Shown here: positions 39,002 through 47,783 of the stretch, one piece after another
Position numbering within the stretch: the first letter of the stretch is position 1
Layout: each line of letters begins with the position of its first letter
From: Escherichia coli O127:H6 str. E2348/69
GTDB taxonomy: Bacteria; Pseudomonadota; Gammaproteobacteria; Enterobacterales; Enterobacteriaceae
Reading direction: 5' to 3' (one strand)
Assembly (NCBI RefSeq): GCF_000026545.1
Contig: NC_011601.1
Length of the DNA: 64,000 nt
Position numbers and translations under genes: made by a program
Notes under the pieces: model-generated
What the model was told of the DNA's origin: nothing
The model's input: only the letters and a program-made list of their open reading frames with translations
Databases searched by the model: none

Positions 39002-40008
39002 TGAAGCGTCGTTTTGAGAGGGATATTCGAGACGGGTTATGTGATAAAGACTCCCACCTTTATGAGTCTGATTATCTACTAGGTGTTCATGATCTTTATC
39101 GGGTTGGGGCTCTTCGATACAAACGTGAAGACGCTGGAGAGTTTCTTGATAATCGCATTGATGTTGCAGCCCCACCATTTACCGAAATAGCGAGTCTGGA
39201 AAGGGCTAGCCGGGCAATTGAAGAAGATCCTGATAATAAAGAGCTAATGGGGCAAAAATGGTTAAGAATGCTAATCGCTCCGGGGGGATCATTAGGGGGG
39301 GCACGTCCGAAAGCCAGTGTTGTTGATGAAGCTGGGCATCTCTACATCGCTAAATTTCCCAGTGTAAAAGATGAGTATGATGTTGGTGGATGGGAAATGG
39401 TCGTTAATGCACTTGCTGTTGGCTGTGGACTGAATGTTGCACCTGCTCAGGCGCATAAATTTGCCAGCAATTACCATTGTTTTATGGTTCGTCGTTTTGA
39501 CCGCACTAATGCGGGAAGGCGTCTGCATTTTGCTTCGGCTATGACACTAACCAGGCATCAGGATGGTGAAGATGCCTCTACAGGTGTGAGTTATCTGGAA
39601 TTAGCAGATGTTCTTATCAGGCATGGCGCGCAGACTAATACTGATCTTAAGGAACTCTGGTCCAGGATTGTTTTTAATATTCTTGTTTCTAATACCGATG
39701 ACCATTTACGTAATCATGGATATATCTTGATACCGGGAAAAGGTTGGCGGCTTTCTGAGGCATATGATTTGAATCCTGTTGCCAGGTCTGACGGTCTAAA
39801 ACTCAATATTACAGAAAATGATAATGCACTTGATTTGGAATTAGCTCGAGAAGTTGCGGAGTATTTTCGACTTGGTTTGACAGAAGCAGATGACATTATT
39901 GCTAATTTTAGAGGGATTGTCAGTCAGTGGCGAATCATTGCCGAGCGTCTTCGATTACCTGGTCGTGAGCAAGAGTTAATGGCAGAGGCGTTCAGGGGGG
40001 CAATTTAG
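38986..40008 (+). CDS. HipA-family Ser/Thr protein kinase core (HipT-like toxin candidate)
   Basis: 340-aa ORF (TTG at 38986; in-frame ATGs at 38995, 39001); Gly-rich loop PGGSLGGARPK, catalytic-loop-like SNTDDHLRNHG, AYDLNP motif, corresponding to HipA SVAGAQEK / DGHAKN / YDIIS. Confidence 0.7.
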   Translation: MGRMLMKRRFERDIRDGLCDKDSHLYESDYLLGVHDLYRVGALRYKREDAGEFLDNRIDVAAPPFTEIASLERASRAIEEDPDNKELMGQKWLRMLIAPGGSLGGARPKASVVDEAGHLYIAKFPSVKDEYDVGGWEMVVNALAVGCGLNVAPAQAHKFASNYHCFMVRRFDRTNAGRRLHFASAMTLTRHQDGEDASTGVSYLELADVLIRHGAQTNTDLKELWSRIVFNILVSNTDDHLRNHGYILIPGKGWRLSEAYDLNPVARSDGLKLNITENDNALDLELAREVAEYFRLGLTEADDIIANFRGIVSQWRIIAERLRLPGREQELMAEAFRGAI

Positions 40009-40106
40009 AATAGTTATTTTGATATATTCGCTAAATCATAAATTTGCGAAGCAATGCCAGTAGATACTGAACGTTTTGGAAGAGACGTTTAATTTATGAG
40101 AAAAAT

Positions 40107-40139
40107 AGAAACGCTACAAAGCTAAATTATAGCGTTTCT
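40107..40139. terminator. Candidate bidirectional terminator between convergent HipT-like gene and MFS transporter gene
   Basis: 9-bp inverted repeat AGAAACGCT ... AGCGTTTCT with 15-nt loop, A/T-rich flanks. Confidence 0.45.
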
Positions 40140-40150
40140 ATGTAAAATAA

Positions 40151-41428
40151 TTAGCTTGTCGCTAACTGTACTTGTGGTTCTTCGTCTTTAACTTTGATAA
40201 GCATCCACAGCGCAATGGCGCCAATAATGTCAAAGAAAGCCAGGGCAATAAAGAACGGCGCGAAGCCAATAATGTGAACGAATGCCCCGATAAACAGGTT
40301 GAAAATCAACTGACCGCTCCATGCACAGGCTCCTGCCATACCCACAGCGGTAGCTACTTCGTCTTTTTTGAATAGGTCACCGCCCAGAGTTGCTGCAACA
40401 GTAGAAAGACATTGATGCGAGAATGCGCCAATGCTAATCAGTAATACGGCGATGTAGGGATTTTCGACAATACTCACCAGACCAATCGTCATCATAATGA
40501 CGGCTGCAATAGTGAAGGTAATTCTTCGTGAGTTAATTAAACTCACGCCGCGATCGTGGAAGAACTTCGCGACAAAACCACTGGCTAAACAGCCGAGATC
40601 GCCCAGCAGGAAAGGCAGCCAGACGAACATGGCAATTTCTTTCAGGCTAAAATGCAGCGTTTCGACGAAGAAAATCGGTACCCAGAAGTTAATGGTTCCC
40701 CATGCCGGGTCAGCGAGAAAACGCGCGATGCCAATCCCCCAGAAATTACGTTGGCTGAGGATATGCTTGATTGACGTTTTTTCTTTCTTATCTGTTTTAA
40801 GATGCTGTTCTTGCCCAGACTCAATATAGTGGCGCTCTTCATCAGAAAGGCGTTTAGCATCTTTTGGATCTTTATAACAAAAGAACCAAAATAAAGCCGC
40901 GAGTAAAGCAAGGCTACCTGAGACAATAAACGCAAATTGCCAGCTATGAAACATAATGCACCAGGCAATCAACGGTGGAGCAAGCATCGCGCCGAGTGAG
41001 GTGCCCATATTGAAAACACCTGTCGCCACGCCACGCTCTTTTGCCGGGAACCATGTTGATGCGGTTTTTACACCCGCAGGAATTGCCGATGCTTCGCTGA
41101 AACCCATCAGGGCGCGCATAAATGCCAGACCTGACCATGTTCCTGTCAAGGCATGCCCCATTGTCGCCAGGCCCCAGATTGCGGCACATATCGCAAAACT
41201 TAACTTCAGACCCACGGTATCAATAAAGAAGCCCATTATCGGTTGCCCCAATGTATAGGCCAACTGGAATGCACTGACAATCCATGAATATTGTTCTTTG
41301 GTTATTCCGGTTGTCTCCATAATCGTTGGAGCCGCAATACCTAACGCCGTTCTGTCCAGATAATTGATTACAGTGATAAAGCATACGAGGGCAATCATAT
41401 GCCATCGATAATTCTTTATTTTATTCAT
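40151..41428 (-). CDS. MFS transporter, anion:cation symporter (ACS) family (ExuT/GarP/DgoT-like organic-acid transporter)
   Basis: 425-aa ORF, ~12 TM segments, N-terminal YLDRTALGIAAP motif typical of ACS-family sugar-acid transporters. Confidence 0.8.
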   Translation of the reverse strand: MNKIKNYRWHMIALVCFITVINYLDRTALGIAAPTIMETTGITKEQYSWIVSAFQLAYTLGQPIMGFFIDTVGLKLSFAICAAIWGLATMGHALTGTWSGLAFMRALMGFSEASAIPAGVKTASTWFPAKERGVATGVFNMGTSLGAMLAPPLIAWCIMFHSWQFAFIVSGSLALLAALFWFFCYKDPKDAKRLSDEERHYIESGQEQHLKTDKKEKTSIKHILSQRNFWGIGIARFLADPAWGTINFWVPIFFVETLHFSLKEIAMFVWLPFLLGDLGCLASGFVAKFFHDRGVSLINSRRITFTIAAVIMMTIGLVSIVENPYIAVLLISIGAFSHQCLSTVAATLGGDLFKKDEVATAVGMAGACAWSGQLIFNLFIGAFVHIIGFAPFFIALAFFDIIGAIALWMLIKVKDEEPQVQLATS

Positions 41429-41520
41429 TTTTAAACCTTTTAATTATATTAATAAACCCTGGTTATTGGTATTTCCATGTAATAGGCAATAAAAATCAGG
41501 TACAGAGGAAATATTGAAAA

Positions 41521-43593
41521 TTATTGTGTGTAAATGTCTCCCTTTAAAAAGTCTGGCCAGTTTTTTTCAAAGTAAATACCGTTAATACACGGTTGAATAC
41601 GTAAAGACTTTACTTCGGTAATAAAAGAACCTTGCGAATATTGAATTGTTAATTTGTGATTTTTGTCTTCAGCGAGTTCAGAGCGAAAACGCCATTCTTC
41701 TTTTGCGCCGCGACGAGTTTGTGGTAGGCATTTGCCTTGTGGATCAATAACCATACGCGCCCCACGGCTACCACCACCAGCATCAATATAATGCGTTAAT
41801 TGTGTTAATACCGCGGCAGAAGTCAGCGCCATATGCCGCCACATAAACAGCTCGGCAACTTCACCCACATGTTTGATTGCCAATCCATGCCGTTGCACAA
41901 ATTCACTCAATAGCAGGGCATCACGAGTGGCGCGTCGGACTTTATCGGCATGGCAAATAAATCCCGCATGGTCAGACATTCGTGCCTGAATTTTTTCTCT
42001 CACAACCGACAACGGCATCCCGGTCCCGTTATCGTGCGCCTGAGTAATGATCTCTCTTATAGAAGCCAGTGCCGGAGCTGCCAGCTGTGCAATATCTCCA
42101 TCAATATTCCGCTTTTGCGTGCAACCAATAAAGCGCGCCAGACGAACAGCAAAAACCTGCCCGGCATTCAACGCCGCGCCGCCAGGTCGGGTGACGCCGT
42201 GTGTGCCAGCAACTTCCCCCACCGCAAAACAACCGGGCAGAGATGTTTGTCCCCAGATATCGACTTCAATGCCGCCATTCATGTGCTGATTATTCATGGC
42301 AAACTGCAATGGCTGCGTGATGAGATCGTAACCGTGCATCTTATACAGCGAGATAGACAGAGGATTCATTCGTTGCAGGCGTTCGATGGGCGATGGTGCC
42401 AGAGCGTCGTTATTTTCCAGATACGTGCGAACGTCGTCGTCCAGTCGATCTAATGAGAACGGCAGGTCACCCGGCACAGGTTCAGGATTGCGATTGAAAT
42501 CCATAAATACCTGACGCCCTGATTGCTGCTCTTGCGCCACCGCCATATCTAACAAGCTGGAGCCAAAATCCATTACCCGCGTGGCGTGGAATGGCCACTG
42601 ATAGCCTTTACGGAAGATGTTTGAAGCCAACTCCTGGGTGGTGCGATAGTAATCTGCGAGGAAGTTATACTCGTTGCCCCCAGCATCCACGGAATAGATA
42701 TATGGGATCACCTGTACATAGGTGCCGGACAAATTCCACGGAAACGTGCTGCGCGGTGTGCCGATACCAAACTGGCTTTCAGTCAGATTCGTTAACGTCA
42801 GACCTTCCTCCAGCGCCAGCCCCAGCGAGCCGAAACATTTGTGTGGATACACACTGTCGCGATAAAGCTCGCCAGGCCCGCCTGTTGCCAGTACCACATT
42901 GGGTGCAGTCACAATTGCCAGCCCCCATGGGTTATGGGCGCGATGACCGGTCGCGAGGATTGCCCCCGCCACACGGTCTTCACCGTTTTCGTCACGCTGA
43001 TGCAGCAGTTTAATCACTGTTGCACTGGTCAACATTGGGATAGCAAGACGCTGTACTTCTTCCAGCAGCACTTTCACCATTAACCTTGAGGTACGCGGCC
43101 CACACGAGGTTGCACGCCCGGCTTCGTCGTGGTCGGTTTGATAACGAAGAATCGCGCCATAGCGATCTTCCGGTAATTCCAGACCAAGATATTGCAACCC
43201 GCCAAGAGTGTGCAGAGAACCTACCGCTTCAACATAAGCGGTGTCGTGATCCATCGCCCCACCGCTCGCCAGTGCCTCTGCCAGTTTGGCGAAGTTGTCG
43301 CCGTTGCCCGCGGTAGCGGCGGTAAACAGTGTTTGTTTATCAGAGCCAGAACATGCCGACGTCCCCATATATAACCCGGCGGTGGCGATTAACACATTTT
43401 GCTGGCGGCGTTTAAGTTCCACAGCTGCACGCAGCCCGGCTGCACCACTGCCGACTACCAGGGCATCTGTTTTCCAGAGTGGGTAATCAACACCGTCTAC
43501 CGTGACAACCCATGCGGGGTCTGCCTGTGCAAAACCCTTTGGGAAAGTAACGTGCGTCAGCGCATCAAGGATGGTGTCATCAAGCTGACTCAT
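41521..43593 (-). CDS. FAD-binding oxidoreductase (fumarate reductase/succinate dehydrogenase flavoprotein-like superfamily)
   Basis: 690-aa ORF with Rossmann dinucleotide motif ALVVGSGAAGLRAAVEL near N-terminus; start codon overlaps upstream gene stop (ATGA). Confidence 0.7.
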   Translation of the reverse strand: MSQLDDTILDALTHVTFPKGFAQADPAWVVTVDGVDYPLWKTDALVVGSGAAGLRAAVELKRRQQNVLIATAGLYMGTSACSGSDKQTLFTAATAGNGDNFAKLAEALASGGAMDHDTAYVEAVGSLHTLGGLQYLGLELPEDRYGAILRYQTDHDEAGRATSCGPRTSRLMVKVLLEEVQRLAIPMLTSATVIKLLHQRDENGEDRVAGAILATGHRAHNPWGLAIVTAPNVVLATGGPGELYRDSVYPHKCFGSLGLALEEGLTLTNLTESQFGIGTPRSTFPWNLSGTYVQVIPYIYSVDAGGNEYNFLADYYRTTQELASNIFRKGYQWPFHATRVMDFGSSLLDMAVAQEQQSGRQVFMDFNRNPEPVPGDLPFSLDRLDDDVRTYLENNDALAPSPIERLQRMNPLSISLYKMHGYDLITQPLQFAMNNQHMNGGIEVDIWGQTSLPGCFAVGEVAGTHGVTRPGGAALNAGQVFAVRLARFIGCTQKRNIDGDIAQLAAPALASIREIITQAHDNGTGMPLSVVREKIQARMSDHAGFICHADKVRRATRDALLLSEFVQRHGLAIKHVGEVAELFMWRHMALTSAAVLTQLTHYIDAGGGSRGARMVIDPQGKCLPQTRRGAKEEWRFRSELAEDKNHKLTIQYSQGSFITEVKSLRIQPCINGIYFEKNWPDFLKGDIYTQ

Positions 43594-45131
43594 GCATCCT
43601 CCATCGGCGTAAACAGGCTGCTTTCCATCAGACGTGGGTGCCTGATAATCGGACGGAAGGCCATGAATGGCAGAATGTCGCGCTCAATCTCTACGCCAGG
43701 GGCGATCTCAATTAATTCAACGCCTTCTGCCGTTAACTGGAATACCGCACGTTCGGTGATATACAGCACTTCCTGACCGCTTTGCTGTGCGTAGGCGGCG
43801 CTAAAGGTGATTTTTTCCACCAGGGCAACCAATTTAGGGATTTGACCTGACTGGGCGATATGCAAGCCATCTGGCGTTACATCAATCTTGCTGCCTTTGG
43901 CGTCGAACGTACCGCAAAACACCACTTTACGGGCGTTTTGTGCAATTTCGAGAAATCCGCCGGGGCCAATGAGATTGCCATTAAGATGGGATACGTTGAC
44001 GTTACCGTACCGATCCATCTCTCCCATGCCGAGGAAGGTGATATCGATACCGCCGCCACTGTAGAATTCGAATTGATCGAGTGATGGAATAATGGCATCG
44101 GCGTTACGGGCGCAGCCGAACAGAGCATCATCCAGCATCATGCCGTTATGTACACCCTGTTCTACACTCAGCCACAAACTTTGATAAGGCACGCCTTCGC
44201 GCAGCGCAACCCCAGGAATACCGCCGGGAATACCAAAGCCAAAGTTGGTTGAAGCGCCTGCCACCAGTTCCCGCGCTGCCCGACGGGCAATCAGGCGACG
44301 CACCGGATGACTAACCAGTTCAATAGCGTCGTTAGAACTTAGACGGCGATGTTGACCGCTGATGGTCAGGTCGTAACCGCCAAGATAGGTTTGCGGTTGT
44401 TCGCGGTGCTCAACGATGCCATCGACCAGAATTCCTGGTAGCTTGACCCGACGTGGTTCAATGGTACCTGCTTCCAGCACATCGCGGACCTGTACGAACA
44501 CTTTGCCGCCGCTGTTGTGTGCTGCCAGCGCCATCGAATAGCTATCCATATAAATCGCTTCTTCTTCGAGGCTAACGTTGCCTCGTGGATCGGCATAAGT
44601 GCCACGCAAAATCGCGTAATCCACTTTGAAAGGGCGATAACGAAGTTTGGTCTCACCGTCGATTTCAATCAGTTCTACCAGGTCGTCGGTAGTGCATTCA
44701 TTCGACTTACCGCCGCCATTGCGTGGATCAACAAACGATCCCAGCCCAACGTGGGTAAAAAGCCCCGGACGTCCGGCACCGATCTCCCGCAGCAGTGCCT
44801 GAATTACGCCACCAGGGAAACAGTAGGCTTCAATAGCATTGCTTTTCACCAGTTCCTGCATCTTGGGCGACCAGGTAAAATGTCCGGCAATAATGCGTTT
44901 GAGCATTTCGGCGTGAGCAAAACGGTTAGTGCCTTTGCTGTCGCGATCGCCAATACCCAGCGAGTGGATTAATGTCAGATCGCGCGGGTGTCCGGTTTGC
45001 AGGAAACGCGCTTCAATGGCGGCCAGAATATGGTCAGCTTCCACCATACCGCCGCCGTTACCGCTAATGGCAATGGTTGCGCCGTCCTGAATTTGCGCCG
45101 CCAGTGTCTCGGCGGTTGATAACTTACGCAT
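43590..45131 (-). CDS. Family-I acyl-CoA:acetate/3-ketoacid CoA-transferase (fused alpha/beta, YdiF-like)
   Basis: 513-aa ORF; N-terminus MRKLSTAETLAAQIQDGATIAISGNGGG and overall layout resemble fused family-I CoA-transferases. Confidence 0.75.
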   Translation of the reverse strand: MRKLSTAETLAAQIQDGATIAISGNGGGMVEADHILAAIEARFLQTGHPRDLTLIHSLGIGDRDSKGTNRFAHAEMLKRIIAGHFTWSPKMQELVKSNAIEAYCFPGGVIQALLREIGAGRPGLFTHVGLGSFVDPRNGGGKSNECTTDDLVELIEIDGETKLRYRPFKVDYAILRGTYADPRGNVSLEEEAIYMDSYSMALAAHNSGGKVFVQVRDVLEAGTIEPRRVKLPGILVDGIVEHREQPQTYLGGYDLTISGQHRRLSSNDAIELVSHPVRRLIARRAARELVAGASTNFGFGIPGGIPGVALREGVPYQSLWLSVEQGVHNGMMLDDALFGCARNADAIIPSLDQFEFYSGGGIDITFLGMGEMDRYGNVNVSHLNGNLIGPGGFLEIAQNARKVVFCGTFDAKGSKIDVTPDGLHIAQSGQIPKLVALVEKITFSAAYAQQSGQEVLYITERAVFQLTAEGVELIEIAPGVEIERDILPFMAFRPIIRHPRLMESSLFTPMEDA

Positions 45132-45140
45132 ACAATTTCC

Positions 45141-45923
45141 TTATTGATTGTGGAAGCTCACGCCGGCTTTTTCGGCAAATGCGTGCGTCGCCTGTTGGCA
45201 ATCCTGAGTGGCGGACATTAATCCAGCCAGTAACTGGTGGGAGTAATCGGCGTGTTTATTTTCCAGCGCCAGAATCAGTTGCTTAATATGTGCCAGTGCC
45301 ACCGGACCACATTTTTCCAGCTGCGCTAACTGGTTCACCATCCAGCTTTCCACCTGTTCTTTTTCTACCACTTCATCAATTAAATTCGCTGTCTGAGCTT
45401 CCTGCGCCGTCAGGCGTTTACCCAGCATCAGCATCTGGCGACCGACCACCGGGCCAACCTGATTAAGCACGCGTTCAATGCCCATCCAGCCAGGCACCAT
45501 GCCGAGCATCACTTCCGGGTTAGAGAATTTCGCGCCGGGGCGAGCGATACGAATATCACAGCACAAGGCGAGTTCAATCCCACCGCCAATGGTATGACCG
45601 TTGAGATTTGCAACCGTTAATTGGGGTAAATTGCGCAGGCGATTAAAAACCTCGTTACCGCGTTTAATCCATTTTCTGCCCATATCTAATGGCGAATAGG
45701 CCGACCACGATTTAATATCGCCGCCCGCACAAAAGAATTTATCGCCGGTTGCCGTTAATTCGACTAATCGTAATGTGGTGTCGTTTTCAATTTCATTTAA
45801 ATAATGGTCGAGAGATTCGATCATTTCTTCATTAATAGCATGACATTTATCTTCACGGTTCAATGTCAGGCGGCAAGAAGCCGCCGCTCTGCTGAACAGA
45901 ACGGGTTGGTCATTCATGATCAT
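45141..45923 (-). CDS. Enoyl-CoA hydratase/isomerase (crotonase superfamily)
   Basis: 260-aa ORF with crotonase oxyanion-hole motifs FCAGGDIK and NGHTIGGG. Confidence 0.75.
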   Translation of the reverse strand: MIMNDQPVLFSRAAASCRLTLNREDKCHAINEEMIESLDHYLNEIENDTTLRLVELTATGDKFFCAGGDIKSWSAYSPLDMGRKWIKRGNEVFNRLRNLPQLTVANLNGHTIGGGIELALCCDIRIARPGAKFSNPEVMLGMVPGWMGIERVLNQVGPVVGRQMLMLGKRLTAQEAQTANLIDEVVEKEQVESWMVNQLAQLEKCGPVALAHIKQLILALENKHADYSHQLLAGLMSATQDCQQATHAFAEKAGVSFHNQ

Positions 45924-45926
45924 TCC

Positions 45927-46769
45927 TTAACAATAATGTGCGATGCGATCGACGCTAATATCCAGCGTGCTGTTAATATCTTTCTGCCACCAGTACGGTG
46001 AGAATATTTCCAGTTCAATAGCGCCATTAAATCCGGCGTTTTCAACCAGCCGACGAATTGACGGAATATTGATGACACCATCTCCCGGCATTCCACGGTC
46101 ATTGACCAGATCGGTGGTCGGCACTAACCAGTCGGAAACATGAAACGCGAGGATGCGTTTTCCGGCACGCAGGATCTGACTGGCGAGATCCGGGTCCCAC
46201 CAGACATGGTAGACATCTACCGCCACGCCGAGGCCAAATTCGCCATCGGGATCGAGTTCATCACACCAGTCCAGCGCCTGACGTAACGTGCACAGACAAG
46301 AACGATCGGCAGCAGTCATCGGGTGCAGTGGCTCCAGTGCAATTGGCACGCCGACCTCTTTCGAATGTGGCAGCAACTGGCGAATCCCTTGTTTCACCTG
46401 TTCCCGTGCTTCGTACAGATCTTTTGTTCCCATTGGCAGACCGCCAACCACCTGCATATAACAGGCGGCGTTCAGTACAGCGGCGTCGTCCAGCGCCCGG
46501 CGGTTATCGTCAATCGCCAGTTTGCGCTCCGCCAGCGTCGGTGCGGTGTAGTAGGTGCTACGGCACAAACCGGAAACGTTCATGTTACTGGCAGCAAGCT
46601 GGCGGGCGATTTGCTGGAGATCTTCACTCTGCAACTCCCTGCGCCAGGGGGCAATCGCGCCAATACCGCGTGCGGCGCAGGCATCAATAATGGCGGGTAG
46701 CGGCGTTTTATAGCCCAGTGTCGCGGTATTGATACTGAATAAATCCGGGCGTTGTAACAGATCTCTCAT
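45927..46769 (-). CDS. Sugar phosphate isomerase/epimerase-like TIM-barrel protein (xylose-isomerase-like fold)
   Basis: 280-aa ORF; pattern resembles AP-endonuclease-2 / xylose-isomerase-like TIM-barrel proteins (weak, by eye). Confidence 0.55.
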   Translation of the reverse strand: MRDLLQRPDLFSINTATLGYKTPLPAIIDACAARGIGAIAPWRRELQSEDLQQIARQLAASNMNVSGLCRSTYYTAPTLAERKLAIDDNRRALDDAAVLNAACYMQVVGGLPMGTKDLYEAREQVKQGIRQLLPHSKEVGVPIALEPLHPMTAADRSCLCTLRQALDWCDELDPDGEFGLGVAVDVYHVWWDPDLASQILRAGKRILAFHVSDWLVPTTDLVNDRGMPGDGVINIPSIRRLVENAGFNGAIELEIFSPYWWQKDINSTLDISVDRIAHYC

Positions 46770-46778
46770 GATTCAGCC

Positions 46779-47570
46779 TCAGAAGCGCGGCATACTTAAG
46801 CCGCCGTCGATGGCGACCGCCTGACCACAGGTGTAAATCAGTTTACCTTCCGCCATCGCGCGGACAGTGGAAGCAATATCAGCCGGATAACCCCAACGTC
46901 CCCACGGCACCAGACCTTTGGCAATCAGTTCGTCGTAATAGGCCGTTGCCGGAATAGTCATATCGGTTTTGATGAGACCAGGACGCACTTCATATACGCC
47001 AATTTGTTCATTACAAAGGCGAGCAGCAAACAGACGAGCAGCGGCAGAGACGGCAGTTTTGGCAATGGTATATTCGCCGCGATTCATCGCCAGCATGATG
47101 GCGTTGATGGAACTGACAAAAATAATCGAGCGGTGCGGCAGTTCTGCTTCCGGTTTCGGCTGTGCCAGTAAGCGCTTACTGAATGCCTGAGCAAGGAAGA
47201 ACGGTGCGCGGGTGTTAATGGCAATATTTTGGTCGAAGCTGTCTGGTTCGAGGTCGAGAAGGTCACCGCGTTTTTTCACTGAAATGCCTGCGTTGTTGAG
47301 CAGGCAGTCCAGACGTCCCCACTGGTTTTGCGCTGCGTCGAGCATCTCTTCATGCAGGGAGAGATCGCCCACATCAGCAGGGAAGCAAATCACTTCCACG
47401 CCTTCCGCCAGACATTCTTGTTGTGTGGCATGTAATTTTTCTACGCTATCGGCATCCGGACGATCATTAATCAGCAGATTAAATCCGCCACGCGCAAGCT
47501 CCAGCGCACAGCCTTTTCCAATACCACGTGCGGCTCCGGTAATCACGGCAACAGGACGAGTGGATTTCAT
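46779..47570 (-). CDS. Short-chain dehydrogenase/reductase (SDR)
   Basis: 263-aa ORF with TGAARGIG cofactor motif, NNAG, catalytic YxxxK (YTIAK). Confidence 0.85.
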   Translation of the reverse strand: MKSTRPVAVITGAARGIGKGCALELARGGFNLLINDRPDADSVEKLHATQQECLAEGVEVICFPADVGDLSLHEEMLDAAQNQWGRLDCLLNNAGISVKKRGDLLDLEPDSFDQNIAINTRAPFFLAQAFSKRLLAQPKPEAELPHRSIIFVSSINAIMLAMNRGEYTIAKTAVSAAARLFAARLCNEQIGVYEVRPGLIKTDMTIPATAYYDELIAKGLVPWGRWGYPADIASTVRAMAEGKLIYTCGQAVAIDGGLSMPRF

Positions 47571-47783
47571 ACAATAGCTCTCTTTTTTTTGAATTTTGTT
47601 TCCTTAGTGATGATTAGCTTGCGACTGGAGGGTAAAAAGATCAACCATCTAGTTGGTTGATATGCGATGGCGATCACAGGACATTTGATAACCTGATGAA
47701 AGTACAAGTTTTTGCCCTTTTTTCTGAAGCTGAAATCAAATCAGGTTATGATAGTCACCACGAAGAGGTCGTGGGGAAGCGTT

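Noticed and set aside
38248-40008. Direct identification as the described E. coli O127 HipBST system
   Set aside because: The split point, ORF lengths (86/340 aa vs recalled 103/335) and Gly-rich-loop sequence do not match what I recall for HipS/HipT; treated as HipBST-like or frameshifted hipA homologue instead
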